A stretch of 61,467 nt of DNA, filler included, from Sphacelaria rigidula (lineage: Eukaryota), in NCBI GenBank assembly GCA_964200075.2. It is 9 parts of 9 records of this genome, joined end to end, with 100 filler letters (N's around TTAATTAATTAA, not from the genome) between each part and the next. Parts side by side here need not be neighbours in the genome. Positions count along the whole stretch, not along the records: positions 34,207 to 40,947 come from CAXNAA020018314.1; positions 41,048 to 47,787 come from CAXNAA020018315.1; positions 47,888 to 54,627 come from CAXNAA020018316.1; 6 more parts are not named here. One strand, 5' to 3'. The notes under the pieces are model-generated. The model saw only the letters and a list, made by a program, of their open reading frames with translations, was not told where the DNA came from and did not search any database. Below are positions 36,407 to 49,584 of the stretch, one piece after another; the stretch's first letter is position 1, and every line of letters begins with the position of its first letter. The position numbers and the translations under genes were made by a program.

Positions 36407-39400
36407 CTGCATGTCCGTCCCATCTCCCGGAAAATCACTGCCAAAAAGCACCTCCGTCTTGCCGTGGTCGAGCAGCTTCAGGTCGAAGAGGAGAGTCAAA
36501 GCCGCATTGTTCCTTGTGAGGAGCATCAAGTGACGAGCCTGTTTCAATCCACGGGCATGGGGTAGGGTAAGCCGGTATACCCCGAAGGGGTGGGAGTTAT
36601 GGCACGGTAGGTGTTGCTCATCTGGGTCCAGATGATTTCATCGACAGGCTTCTAGAATTAGCAGCTACACGAGAACATGGTCCAGGGCCTTGCCGTTTCA
36701 ACTTCATCCTACAGTAAGATATCCCTAGCTCGTCGGAATGCAAATCGCTCACATACCTCATAAGCTAATCTTTGGATGCAATTGGGGGTGCGATGCGTGA
36801 GAGGACCACATGCTTAGAGGGTCGCATCGTAGTTCAGAGCACCTCAGGATCGATGTGTTTCGAAACAAATCGGGTCAGTCCCTGTGGGGGCTAAGCCCCT
36901 GGCTTTAACCCCAACACCAACCCTAACCCTAACCATAGGGATGTTAGGGGTCCTATAATTTCGATGCGGTCCTCTAAGCACGCGGTCCTCTCACGCATTA
37001 CAAAGAGCTCCCAACAAATTTCAAACCGGATGGAACACTTTGTGCAACCCTACCGCGGCATGACACGTGGGCGTTCGTGTATGCGGGGAAGGGGCTTCCG
37101 TATGCAAGACGGATGAATGCTGTTTGTATCGACCAAAGCTACAGTTGTATTTTAGTGCACAGTTTTACTCTGCAAAATGAATCCAGCAGGGGCAGGGAGG
37201 AGAGGGGGGATTGCCCACGCGCAACAGCTTCGCGGTGGCAGCGAGGATAAAGAAAAAAGTACGAACCTTTTGCGACTCGGCGAGATTGTTCCGGATTAGT
37301 GCGTCGACCGAAGGTAGCTCCTTTTCGGGCGGTGGGCATTGGGGCAGAAGCTCACTGAAAAAAACCGCCAGGATTGCCGCGGTTTCGTCGGGTGGCCTGG
37401 CGGCGGATGATTCGCAGCGAAAATGGACGGGCAAACGGGGTAGGGGCCGGAGGGGGTGCTCATGGGTGAAGCATCCGAAGCACTTCAGATGTGCCTCATA
37501 CCTGGTAGAAGCCGGAGAAGACATTTAGTGTGTTGTGCCGCGGAGGCAACACGCATTCTTCAGCACACCATAGGATGTGCTGCGCTGCGCTGCGCTGTGC
37601 TGTGCTATTCTGTGCCCAAAAGTGTCATCATCAGGCACCGTGGAGGGTAACAACGGATAGTCCCATCATATTTCCGGGAAATCATACGAGATACACCACC
37701 ATCCGCATGCACCGAAGGGTTGTGACCGACCCGTGAGTAAAGCTGGGAGAGAAATACGTTAAATGCCAGAATGTGGTCGAGCCGGGGATGGACCCCGACG
37801 GGTGAACCTCGTACCTCTTCACCTCGACGCCAAAAATGAATCAAAATTAACACGATCAGCTGCATGAAACGGCGCAAAATGAATACTCCTATATCCCTTT
37901 ATGATCCCGCATTGCCAGGAACACGCCGTCAGTGTTATTTTCTAGCATCGGTGTACACGCTCCTAGATGCGACTCTTCTTCCGGGTCATGCCCGGCCGCA
38001 TGCGACCGTCTGTTTCATCCACCACACCGCGCTGAGCAAGACAACTAGAATGGGTTCGTGCGCCTCAATTTACCGGCTGTGACCATGGATTCAGCCTCGA
38101 CTGTAGTTGTCTCCCCCTTTTCCCTCTAGTGCTGACAGACGTGCGGGCAAAATTACTGTTTTCGTTGTTCGGAGCTACTTGGAAAAGTAGAAGGGGGATC
38201 CCGTGATGAGGAAAATAGGTGTGCCCGCCTACACGCTCCCGCTGCACCCTCGAATGTGTCGATCACTCATCTTGCCACCGCGTAAGCTGTGCGCACATTA
38301 CAGGCATGTGTCATACTATCGGGAGTTTATTTCCACGCTCAGCATACCACCTCTCCACAACCAAAGTACAAAGTACAAGCAGTGTGTAATCCATTTTACA
38401 TCAATGTTTTTTCACACCTTCCTCCAAAGTTTCGGAGAACCGCGCGAGCGAGTGAAGACGGAGACATACCCGAAGGCGGCGACCCGCCGAATCGTACACC
38501 CGGGTAGTCGCCAGTGCGGCAACCTGACTCAGCCTGGCTCCTGCTCGAGACAGCATGTTGTTCTCCGGAAGATTAGAATGTAGCAGATAACCTCGTGCTC
38601 AAACAAATACTGCATTCCATTTCAACACACGCAGATGTTTGCGTGGTACACAGATTTTTACGTGCAAACCTCTGCATTATCCAACCGCGGAACGAATACC
38701 CCTCGTATGGTAAGTCAACGGTGTCGCATATGTGGTGTTGTTGTTACAGCCGTTTTCTCCCATTCGTATTTGTATTATAACACGAACGAAGATTCCTCTC
38801 TTTTCGATCCAGTCACGAATTACCATAAAATAGCTTGTATCTGAAAGGGCATCGTCAGCACGGGCGTAATGTTGCCATTTACGGACTCAACGTAGATTGT
38901 GGACGTCAATCATCTTTGCTCGCCATCACGAGCCTAGAGAAAGCGCAGTGAGCGCCATCAGAGCTATAGCACAGGAGTTGCACTCTTCGCTGTTCGTAGG
39001 TCATAGTGCCGCGTTAGTAAACGACTCGCCTTTCGATAGACTTCACAATAGCGTAGAAGTCCCGTAGTCCCAAGAAGTCTGGGAGTTTTTGCTGCTCGTA
39101 CACCGCACAGTACGCCCGCGCCATTCCTGCCAACATGTCGGGATGAGCCGCCCACCCGCGAGGGTCTTCGCTGTCGCGAAGGAGCATACCTTGTGTACGG
39201 GTGGACAAGGCGAGTCATAAGATATGTTATCTTTTTGCGAGAAGTTTACGGTACTCTTTTTGACATGTATATATTTGCATAATCAGTCTGCCCATGCGCT
39301 GCTGAGCTTGATACGCAAATGATCAGCTGCACTAAGCACCACCAGTGTGCTGGGCACCACGTTTCCGGCTCCCTTCTCTAGATACCTGCAGAACGTAAAA

Positions 39401-40443
39401 CCCGAACGAAAACCTACGTGACCATAGTGCCGCTACGTGAAAGCCACAAAGGATATATGACATCTCAACTGTAAAACGTAAGACCGTCATTTAGCATTGG
39501 TAATTATTCTCCGCCAATGCTCTGCGCTAAAATATCACCATTGGGTCGCCCCAAACGAAAGACCGGTAATGATATTGCAGTTCGCCAAAGAGCACCTGCC
39601 GCCGTGAGAGTGAGATCCTCAACAGTCGGCGCCGGGCGATGAAGGTGAACAGCCCTGTTCATCTTGGCCGAATCGAGCTCCCAGTTGGAGATACCTACCA
39701 CAGTTTCACCTTCTTCTGCCTCGTCCAAGATCTTGTGCAAGACCTGGTGAAATCAATGAAAATATGGCTTTGGCTCAGCCGTCGTCCAATGAATAACGGA
39801 ACGTTATCAATTCCTTGCGAGCATATCCTCGTTTCAAAGTCTGTCATGTTGCTCTACAACGTCTTCCCACCACTGCTTGTAGTAGTGGCGCACATCTTGT
39901 TGCACTATAATGATTGTACTTTTTTACGGGTGTTCTGCACCAACACCTTCATTTGTCATCGCATCACACTACGTGTAGAGAAGCGCAGTCGTTTCGTGGG
40001 CACAAGGAGATGGTACGCGCAGCAGAAGAAAATGAACGACCAACGGGGTGGCCAATACGTATCCGTCAGGGGTATGGCGTGAAAGTCTCAGCCAAAAGGA
40101 GGTCTACCCCGAATCTCGGCAGCACAGGCGAAATATGACCTTCCGAACGACGTGCTTTCCGACGCTCTCGAAAAATCTTTTTCGAGCGGTAGTCGCATGG
40201 AATTTACCTAAAACATTTCAAGGCATTGCTCGAACCAAGAAATCGAGGTGCGGCTTGACACTGTGTTATATGACTCACGCCATGGCAGGAAACACCGTTC
40301 AGAGCTAGTATTGCGTTTTGCGTAGGGTCACTCACCTTGAGCGGAAGGTGTGGTGACTGCTCAGCGAGACCGACCTCGTCCAGCAACACGAGTACCACCG
40401 TGTTGGGTGCCGTCTTACGATACCTCCTGGCGAGGTTGAATGT
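36407..40443 (-). CDS. RNF213: RNF213/mysterin-like AAA+ ATPase module (partial gene); exons 40443-40336, 39743-39596, 39189-39030, 38540-38418, 37396-37267, 36538-36407
   Basis: The splice gives VVLVLLDEVGLAEQSPHLPLK|VLHKILDE...VVGISNWELDSAKMNRAV...DFLGLRDFYAIVK...AVLRNFGG...ARHLMLLTRNNAAL...EVLFGSDFPGD. This is colinear with RNF213 motifs as I recall them (VVVLDEVGLAEDSPKMPLKTLH, VGISNWALDPAKMNR, FFGLRDYY, RNF, SRYLLVLT, IFGSGFP). All five intron phases match. The symbol denotes similarity, not proven orthology. Confidence 0.88.
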
Positions 40444-41744
40444 CTGTGTTTCGCAGCAACGTTTCATCATATTTGACGATACAAGCATACTTTCGTGGGT
40501 GTTCAATTTCCCGTATATGGGGGAAGCTGGAGTATCTACATGCGCCTACTAGTACTGCAAGTCAACGTCATGTTTTGTCCGACACTCTACCGATCGAAGG
40601 GAGATGGTGACGCACTTTGGGCGTCATTTTTTGTCAACAGTGTCGCGATCTCCACTTGCTGGTGATGCGGCGGGTGAGAACTCTTGCGATGCATGCCCGC
40701 ATCATCAGCAAGTGCTTTTCATCATCGTCCCTGTGCCAAGGAGTTGACGCGAACTGGTAAACATCCAAGAACACTGCTTCAAAGTAGCTGCACGCATCTC
40801 AGTTCGTCCTAATATGGCGAAAAAATAGAGACGATAACGACACAAACAATCCCCTCTCTCCCCCTCCTCCCACCCTTTCTTGGTAGGGAGAAAACGATGG
40901 CTATACTAGGAGATAAATGGTGGCCGGAGACGGAGGAACGGGAAGGGNNNNNNNNNNNNNNNNNNNNNNNNNNNNNNNNNNNNNNNNNNNNTTAATTAAT
41001 TAANNNNNNNNNNNNNNNNNNNNNNNNNNNNNNNNNNNNNNNNNNNNTGGTATTTATATGACAAGATTGTATGCGTAGCTAGGAGTTTTTGAGGGTAATC
41101 GTGTGCCGTATCGCCGACGCAGGCACTTGCGATCCACCTATCAGAGAAAGGCCTACCGTAGAACTAATCACAAGAAGGACCATCAGCTTTCATCTGTTCT
41201 GCGCGACATCTCCCCTTCTACCGGCAAGCTGTGACGAGCTGAAACACGAGTAAGTCACAAGTAATATAACCCCTTGATATCACAGTGGTGTTTCCTTTTC
41301 AGAAAGAGCTCAGTGCTTACTTTTTGCCTCAGCTGTCGGCTGTTGACGAGTGCCTTTGTGGGAGATTAACATACAGTTTGAGTGTAACAAGTCAATCCAG
41401 GACCACGGCAGACGCCTCACAAGGGTGTGGCTTGCTTGCGTTCGGGGTATACGGCACTACTGCTTGCGGTAATTGCTTATACTTCCACACTATTCCAATG
41501 TGCTGGGGATATCCCGAATGAATCTGCAAACGGGGATGCCCTGACCCATATTCTCGTGCGTCTAGAACCGTCAGGAGCCTCTGAACCAGACAAAAATTCG
41601 CGAAAAAAGTGCACCCCTACCGTAGCATTGCTCCGGGAAATAGCAGAATCTCACGCGTAGGCTACATCTCTTGTTTATTGCTTGGTCTCCTTCCAGTATC
41701 AATCAATCAATCCAACCTCACGCTCGGTCAATCAGTCTCACCGG

Positions 41745-42088
41745 TGTTAGATTCTTTGCTGAGGGGTGCAGATGGTAGTGTCGTAGCGTGGGGCTTGGTT
41801 TGTGCCAAGGCAAACCAAGCCGTCACCACCTCTACCATATACATATTCACACTCGTACCTGACCAACTCTGAACATACCTGCAGTCTTAGAAATACCCGA
41901 AGTATAATGTATACTCATCAACGGGTCTGAGGCGGCAGACAACAGGCCAATATGCGTCCTCATGACACTAATCCACCCAGACGAACCTTTATTTCAGCTG
42001 CGAGAATTCATCCTCAAAGCGGCGAAAAGGGAGGTCGTGCTTTACTCGTTAAGTCATGAGTGGTTAATAAAGCATACCTAAGGAAACA
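41745..42088 (-). mobile_element. Putative 3' LTR of the Gypsy element
   Basis: Minus strand reads TGTT...AACA, directly after a G-rich PPT-like tract (GGGAGTGGGTACCGGAGTGTTGGGTACGGGAG) and downstream of the pol end. There is no second LTR in the contig to confirm. Confidence 0.45.
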
Positions 42089-42638
42089 CTCCCGTACCCA
42101 ACACTCCGGTACCCACTCCCACACCTCAAAAGAAGGGAAGTATATACTGCTTCGAGGAGCAGAAAAACTGCTTCGAAACGCGGAAGCACAAACTGCCTCT
42201 GCGTGCTAGCGATCAACGAAGAAGCACGAATCGCGTCGGCGTCCTAGCAAAACGAAGGGGAAAACAGGGAGGTGCAACAGGGAGCAGAGCTTCAACCTGG
42301 GGGAATCCAAAGGGAGAAAACAGAAGGGAGATACAACAGGGAGCAGAGCTTCGACCTGGGGGAATCCAACGAGGAAAAAGCGGCAAGATCAGTATGCGAC
42401 CAACGTATTCTGGCCGGACGCCAACTCTGAAAATCGGTGATCCAACGAGATCGAGCGACAGCCGGAAGGGGATACTAAAGCTCCAGTAGTCGAAGGTGGT
42501 GAGTGGCTCCAGTAGTTCCTCGATCGTCGTCCGATGTAGGTGGGCTTGTTGTGGATGTCGTGGAGTAGGGTCCTAGAGAAGAGGGAAGGATAAATAGTAC
42601 TGCGGAATGGGGGGAAAGTTGCAGCGAAGGAACGTGGT

Positions 42639-44940
42639 TCATAGCGATGCGTGGACGTCGTGGGTGTGGTCGATGTTGCGCTGGAGACCGCGGCGAAGTC
42701 CTTCGGACTTAAGGCGCTGGAGGCACCAGGATCCGCGTGGTGTAGATGGGCCGGTGGCGTATAGCGCTGGCCGGAGCTTGAACTGTATGGATCCAGGGTC
42801 ATCGGTGAAGCGCACGATGTATGTGTGGGCAGAAACCAGGTTAGCGGAGTGGGTCTGACTCAACCACCAGAGGTTGTCGCTGCCTTTGAACCAAAGGTAG
42901 CTGCCCTCGGGCAGTGTTCGCTGGTTGGCGAGAACTCCGTCTTAAAAGTCTTGGTGGGTACAAGTTCGTAAACATCGGCGGCGAAGCGTAGTCCTTGATT
43001 GCGGTGAAGTTCGCGGGCTGCTGTGCCACGACGCATGTTGCGATATTTCTTGTTGTGAGCAAGATGCTGATGTTGAGATTGCGTCCAGTACAGGAGGATT
43101 GCCCGGCGGTGCATTTGAAGGTCGGATTCGCCTTCCCAAGATGCTCTCCGGAGACCGTGCCAGTGGGTCTTATACATGACGGCAATTTTGACACCTCGAC
43201 CACGGGTTACCTGGTGGCCGGAGATGGTGAACACGGTCAATCGGAGGGGCTGTTCCGTCACGTCGTCGGTGGTAACATCGTAGGGCGGGGACTTGGTCGA
43301 GTAGCTGTTGAGAGCATACTGTGTGAGTCCGGCAGGCAGGTACTCGGGCATGTCGCTTGTATCATGCAGGTTCGTGCAAAGTTTGAATCTGTGCACGGAG
43401 ACGCGGGGTTTGGTGTCCTTGCCCTAGAAGTCGCGAGGCAGGTCGAAATAGAGCAGTGGGTCAGGGCATCCCCGTTTGCAGATTCATTCGTGATATCCCC
43501 AGAACATTGGAATATTAATCCTGGCGTACTCTCGCACGTTTTCATAGGTCGTGTTTTGGATGAGATAACGGGCTCCTAACAATTATAACCCCAGATAATA
43601 TTTGTGTACCTCTACCGTAGCATCAATCCGCGCACGAGGGTAAACACTTTGCGTTGTCGTGAATGCGCTAGCTCGTGGTAGGATATCTGATCCTGATCCA
43701 ACCCTTGGCAGCCATCACACGTGTGTCACTCAAACATGGTGACAGGCAGCCGGGGGTAACGTCCAAGACGGAGTTCGTTCGGAGAAAGGCCTGTGGTGGC
43801 GTCAATCTAGTTGTTGTTGGGCAACGTGATGGGCGAGATATGTACGTCCCAGTCATTGTGGCGGTCATTGACAACCATAGAAAAGTGTGATTAACTCTTT
43901 CGGTACCACCGTTACTGTTCGGGTGGTCGGCACTCGTGGACATTTTGCGGATGCCCAGGAGCTTGTAAAGCTCATCAGAGAGATTTGAGCAAAATTGCTG
44001 ACCGTTGTCTGAAAGGAGCCGCTTCGAGCAACCGTAGTGCTTAATATAGTCGTGGACCAATGTTTCGGCCGTTCCGGTGGCAGTGAAATCTGCAGCGGTT
44101 ACCGCGTACATGGACGCATGGCGGCTGAAGCGGTGAGTGAAGAGTAGGATGTAGGTGTTGCCGCGAACTGTGGTCGGTAGAGGGCCAAAGTAGTCAAAGG
44201 GCATAAGGTGGCCTGGCTCGCTGGGGAGTCTCATAAAGATGACGGGCAAGCGTACTGTCTGCCGTGAAGTCTTTCGGGCTTGGCATTTGAAGCATCGCCG
44301 GATCCAGAAGCGGGTGGAAATTCCCATGCCAACCCCCACCAGCAGAAGCGCTCCAAGGGCGCTAGGGTGCTGATAACGCCAAGGTGACATGACAAGTCTG
44401 TGTGGCAGCCTTTCATGACCCAGGGGCGCATTAATAATGGGACATACATGCGCGTTGGCTTCCTTTTCCACCACGTGCTGTCGGCGGAAGTCCGCAATGG
44501 GTATTCTCATGGAGGCGTGGCCAACACCTGTGTTACTTTGGTTCATCGATTGCACCGTCGATCACGTGTCCTCTACAGAGCGGCGCATCCAGGGGGGGTC
44601 GCGAGGTCATATTTTGCGTATCAGTTGTTGAGCCATTGGTCACGCCTTCAACCGATGACGGGGCGAGCGAGAGGGGGCATACGCGAAACCCGAACGGCGT
44701 CCGCATTGAACATGTTTGTGACATCAGTAACGGATTTTGTTTCGGAACGGAGGGATTTTCGTGATTTACATCAAGATGATCAAATCGTCCGAGACGGCCG
44801 TCACCGACCTGAAAACCCGTGCTCTGACAGGAACTTTGGTGCGGAAACATTTTCCAACAACGTTGTGCAAATTTTCGGCTGTATATCATGGGAGGCGTCA
44901 TCGATGCTGCTTGTTTACCGAACATGGCTGGAATTCGTTT
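42639..44940 (-). mobile_element. pol: Decayed Ty3/Gypsy LTR retrotransposon pol: integrase and C-terminal extension, interrupted by MITE X at ~43455-43625
   Basis: Zn-finger end CFKCQARK; DDE core FDYFGPLP, LLSDNGQQF, PNSNGGTERVN; tail LLYFDLP...RVSVHRFK...DMPEYLPAGLTQY...ISGHQVTRGRG...MYKTHW...SWEGESDL...YIVRFTDDPG...GSWCLQ. Multiple frameshifts and stops. Confidence 0.9.
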
Positions 44941-47900
44941 GAGAACGATGTTTTCATGATATTGAGAGTATGAATAGAGGGTTGACTGAGAACGGCTTCT
45001 ATCATTTGCTTCAGCTCGACCACGTTTTCACTCTGTGTATGCTTTTCTTCTCCTGTAACACCGGTGTGTGCCTACAGCTACACGTCGATATCCTACTCAG
45101 GGATATCAAGGGCTTCAGTGGCAAGCTACTACAGAAAGGGTATCGGGCGTCGTGGAGAGTTATGTCGGAACTGAAACGATTCATTCTTCGATTAACAGCT
45201 TCTCACTCTCAATGGTATCATCCACTCAATTTCACAGAAACATCGTTTGAAGCGATTAGTATAGAATTCGAGTGAAATGCACCCGTTTATGTTCGGAAAA
45301 GAAATTCATTGCTGGGAACGATTAAGGTTGAAGACTGCGGACTTCCATTCGAAGAAAACTCTCTGCCCCCGGAAATGTTCCGTAGGGCTCGCAAAACCTG
45401 AGGCATCGTTTTTTCTTACATCTGACCGAACCGAGAGGCGCTTTCTCGGCTCTTGGAAGCCGTTCTTGTTCTATGTAATTATTTCGAATTATTATAGCTT
45501 TTCGTATCTCTGTGCAATTGTACGCATCGAATGGAAAAATGAAGGCAGTGCGACAACGAATTGCCCCTGCTTCTTTCGGGTACTGCCAGCTACGCTGCTT
45601 GACAGCTAGCTCAACAGCATATCTCAGGTAAGACTATTCTGGTCAACGCTTAACAGGGTGGGTCACAAATGAACTGTGAAGCCGTTAATAATATAACACC
45701 CGTGTTCCTGGTAAAACCGTACCTCGCCTCAGCTTGTGATGACCTCCCCAGAGTCGAAAATGTGAAGAAAGCCGCCTTCCCATGCGACCGGTTGTACATC
45801 ACAGAAGCTCACAGGTTACAGTATGCCAGCCCCCATGTGGATCACGCCAGCACTAGCTGAGTCACTGCCAGAGGTATTTGTGCTGAAGACATAATGTTAT
45901 CCGCTTGAATTGATTCACCGGTTTGCTGGATACTGCGCCTGGATGACGCGTGCCCTGTTGCTACATATCGGTGAGATCCAATCTGACAAACTGTGACTGC
46001 TATGAAGCTTTGTGCCGTGTGTCTGTAATAGAGTGATGTCATGGTGAGGGTGCACTTTTTTGGCCAAAGTTTGTCAGAGGCTGCACACCAAGGCCAAGAT
46101 ATTTGTCATCGAGAGGCTCCCACAACAAAGAGCCCCAGAAGAAAAGTGCACCTCACTGTGTCATTGCTCAATATTGAAACGGAAGGAACCAGTGCTGGTT
46201 CAGTTCTTGTTCGCTTGAAGTCAAGTCGTCGCAGGCTGTGTTTACCCCTCGTTCATATGAAGTCGCGTTTCCACAGCGTTTATGCATGAGACCAACGAGC
46301 GTGCAACAGTTTGTCAATAACAGGGTGGTACCACTGGGAGCCAAACACTTGACCCTAGCGATTGAAATATACGCAGATGGACATTTTGCTCTCGGCGCAG
46401 GGTACATGAGGCGGGACCTTCGCAGTCGTGCACATTGTCAAAGGTGTTAGAATAAAGCCACCCTTCGCAAGGTCTTGAGCTTGTAAAGGTCGTCCCTTAT
46501 CTTGAGCACTCAAAATCCTTCAGAGGGTTCTTCACATTGGGATCTCCCTCGAGGATTTGTGCCCATATGGAACTCCTCTGGATTGTTTTTGAAATCTCAT
46601 TCCTGTTGTAGCTTAGTTGACAGTTGTACAGCGCGGGAGCTGTTAGGGATAAATCCTCGTTTTGCACAATTTGGATTAGTTTTTGGAAATTCCAAATCAG
46701 GAAAAACGAGGATTTACCCGGACAGCCCCTGCTGGAAAATTCCATACACTAGCATGTGGGCGACATGTACAGCAGAGGATTCTCGGAATTCCTCGTTTTG
46801 CCCACCAATTCATCCTAAAATTAGTCAAAAAGAGGACGTACGAGCAGCCTCTGCTGTTAACATCCGACATACTATGCTGTTGTCAGCGTATGATACTCAA
46901 CGTGCAGAGATTGTCAAAAACTCGTCTTGCCCCCGGATCAAATGACTTGGGCAGGACGGAAACCTTTCGACAGCCTCTGCTATTCAAATTCCATACACGG
47001 ACTGCAAGTGTATGTCCACACAGCTGTGCTGTAAAGCTTCAGCTATTGATAGTTGATATCAGATAGATATAGCCTGATGTCCTGTAGTAAAGGAGGTGAA
47101 AAACCCGTCGTTCCTTGCCAGCTTATTGCAGAAGATCACGTAAGATATCCCCGCCGTTCACAGTAGAATATCTGATATTGAATCGTGCAAACCTCACACA
47201 ACTCACTCCCTGCTTACAGAGTAACCCTGCAGCATACAGCAAGAGTTGGGCACGAGGACAGATAAGCATTACAGTAGTTAGGTATGATGTGTTTATTGTT
47301 GTTGGAAGCTTGAGCATCTTCTTTCACGGTAGGGATTGGCGACGAAGCTGCGGTATTATATACCCCGCGGAGAATCGACGATCGAACCGAGTATACAGGC
47401 ATGGACGTGCAGCCCGTACAAAGATTCCCCACCCTGGACAATACAAAATGTAATATATATTGCCCGCTCGATGTGTCGACGCGTCGGGTTGTCAATATGT
47501 ATTGGGCGAGCAATATGATGGCACGAGAGAGGGTCAATATATGTTGTGCCATCAATCTGTCAAGGCTTGCGACATGCAATATGTATCGATCGAACAATAT
47601 ATCACGACACACGCCACATCATAAAGTATATATATATATATATATATATATATGACACTTTCTACGATAACCCCCCCCCCAAAACCAGCCAAAAGTGTCA
47701 CGAAAAAGATGAGTATACAGCGCCTGATGCTTAGGTTCAGGCTGCATGAAGCGCCTCATATTGGCAATACTGGCTAGAACGAACCCANNNNNNNNNNNNN
47801 NNNNNNNNNNNNNNNNNNNNNNNNNNNNNNNTTAATTAATTAANNNNNNNNNNNNNNNNNNNNNNNNNNNNNNNNNNNNNNNNNNNNAAAAAAAACCCAC

Positions 47901-48047
47901 AAACCCCCCCCCCCCCCCCCCCCCCCGCTATCGTCAAGTTAGTAGCTAAACAAGAACATGGATCCGGACATTCCCGTGTTCAAATTCTTCTGGGATATCC
48001 CTAGCCCACTGGAATGCTAATCGTGGCGCGCTCTCACATATAATACC

Positions 48048-48570
48048 GGGCGCCTGAACTATTCTGTGTTCGGAAGATTATTTTCTCGTGACCATCCTTC
48101 GATAGAACTCGAAAGTGCTAGCGTCGGTAGGTTTTATTAAAATGAACAGCTTGTCTTCCCTCCAGTGCCCAAGTTGGTGTTCGCTGGTTTTATGGGGCGA
48201 TACGAGTAGATGCCCCGTTTAACAAAAAGGAGGGTCTTGTTGACCGTCAAACACAGTTTTTCGGCTCTAGAGCAATGAGTAGGTAAAATTAAAAACAAAA
48301 AACTGTACATTTATTGACAAACACGATCGAGGTAGGCACGACCGACCGAAAATACCGAAGAGTCAGAGTCTGGACTGAAACGTGTCAGGGCCCCCGATGA
48401 CCGGTCAGCCGTAAGTCCCTCAATATTGAGTACACATGATTTCGTTGGTTCGGAACGTGAAGCGGATGCAAGTATCTTCAGATCCCCAATGTAATGAACG
48501 GGGGCAAGCGAAAGAGGCTAAGAAAATTGCCAATTACGAGGAAAATACAAAATGGACAGTTCAGGCGCCC
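48048..48570. mobile_element. ~520-bp TIR element nested inside a MITE X copy
   Basis: 13-bp perfect TIR GGGCGCCTGAACT...AGTTCAGGCGCCC; MITE X interior lies on the left (47955-48040) and the MITE X end on the right (48585-48672). Confidence 0.6.
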
Positions 48571-49584
48571 ACTTCTGCATTTCATCGGTCGTGTTGGGGA
48601 TGAGATTTTTTGGGCTCCTAACAATTCATTCCTCAGGAAATATTTGCGCACCCCTACCGTAGCACCGCTCCCGGTTACCGGCTGAGACCACAGAAACAGA
48701 ATTAGCACGTAATTTGCGAGTATGGTGCAACCGCTTTTGCTGACAACCTAGCTGACCTATCAAACAGTGTTTGTCGGTGATGCTTACCTCTACCTGAATC
48801 AAGGTCTTCGAGGTGAACGTACGCATTGGATTTCAGGATATATTTTCGATAGTTGTGGCTTTATGCCATAAGATGCCTGTGTAGAAACTTCTGCGGACGT
48901 CAGCTTATTGGCATAGTCGCCCCCCTGTGGATGCATAAATGATAAACGCGAGAGCCGAGGGATACAAAAATCCTCACAGATTACCCTAATGTAACTGTCG
49001 TGCACCTCGCCAGCCGGCGGACAGCGAAGTAGAGCAGGTCCACTAAGCCTAGAATTGTGACGCGGGAATACACTACGAGACCCGCTACATGCGTGTGGTG
49101 AGAGCATGAGGGAGAGAGAGACGGGATTTACTGCGAGATCGAGGTGGGAAGGCACCACTGCACTATTGTACAGCACGGTTTTGTTTTGCTTGAGCGTCAG
49201 AGGATAAGAATCGGAGGAAAAGGGGAAAACCCATGAACCGCTTCACCAAGAAAATTTCAACAACACCGTCGCCAATTTAGAAGCTAGAAACCATTGGCCT
49301 GGCCTAAGAGTTGTGAGCTACGCGATATGTAACCACCGCATGTCCTCCATTCGGGCGCTCGTGAAGTCCGGACCTGGATGCGTAGTTGCTAAGTGGTGTA
49401 CTTCGTGAGATGCACCACTAGCACCGTAAACGTCAGTGAGCATAGCTGATGAATGTGGCAAGGAGTCGAAAGTGTCTCTTCAACGTTGCAATTGATCAGC
49501 ACTTTATGAAAAGCCACGCCACAGAGGATTAACAGGCGCATTTGTTGCGTGGAGGTTACTGGTGTTGCAATTTGTTAGGGTAAT

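Noticed and set aside
37397..37501. 5' extension of the RNF213-like exon (YEAHLKCFG...)
   Set aside because: It is open and in phase, but pyrimidine-rich like an intron end. The acceptor at 37397 joins RNFGGR directly to PPDETAA, which fits the family better.
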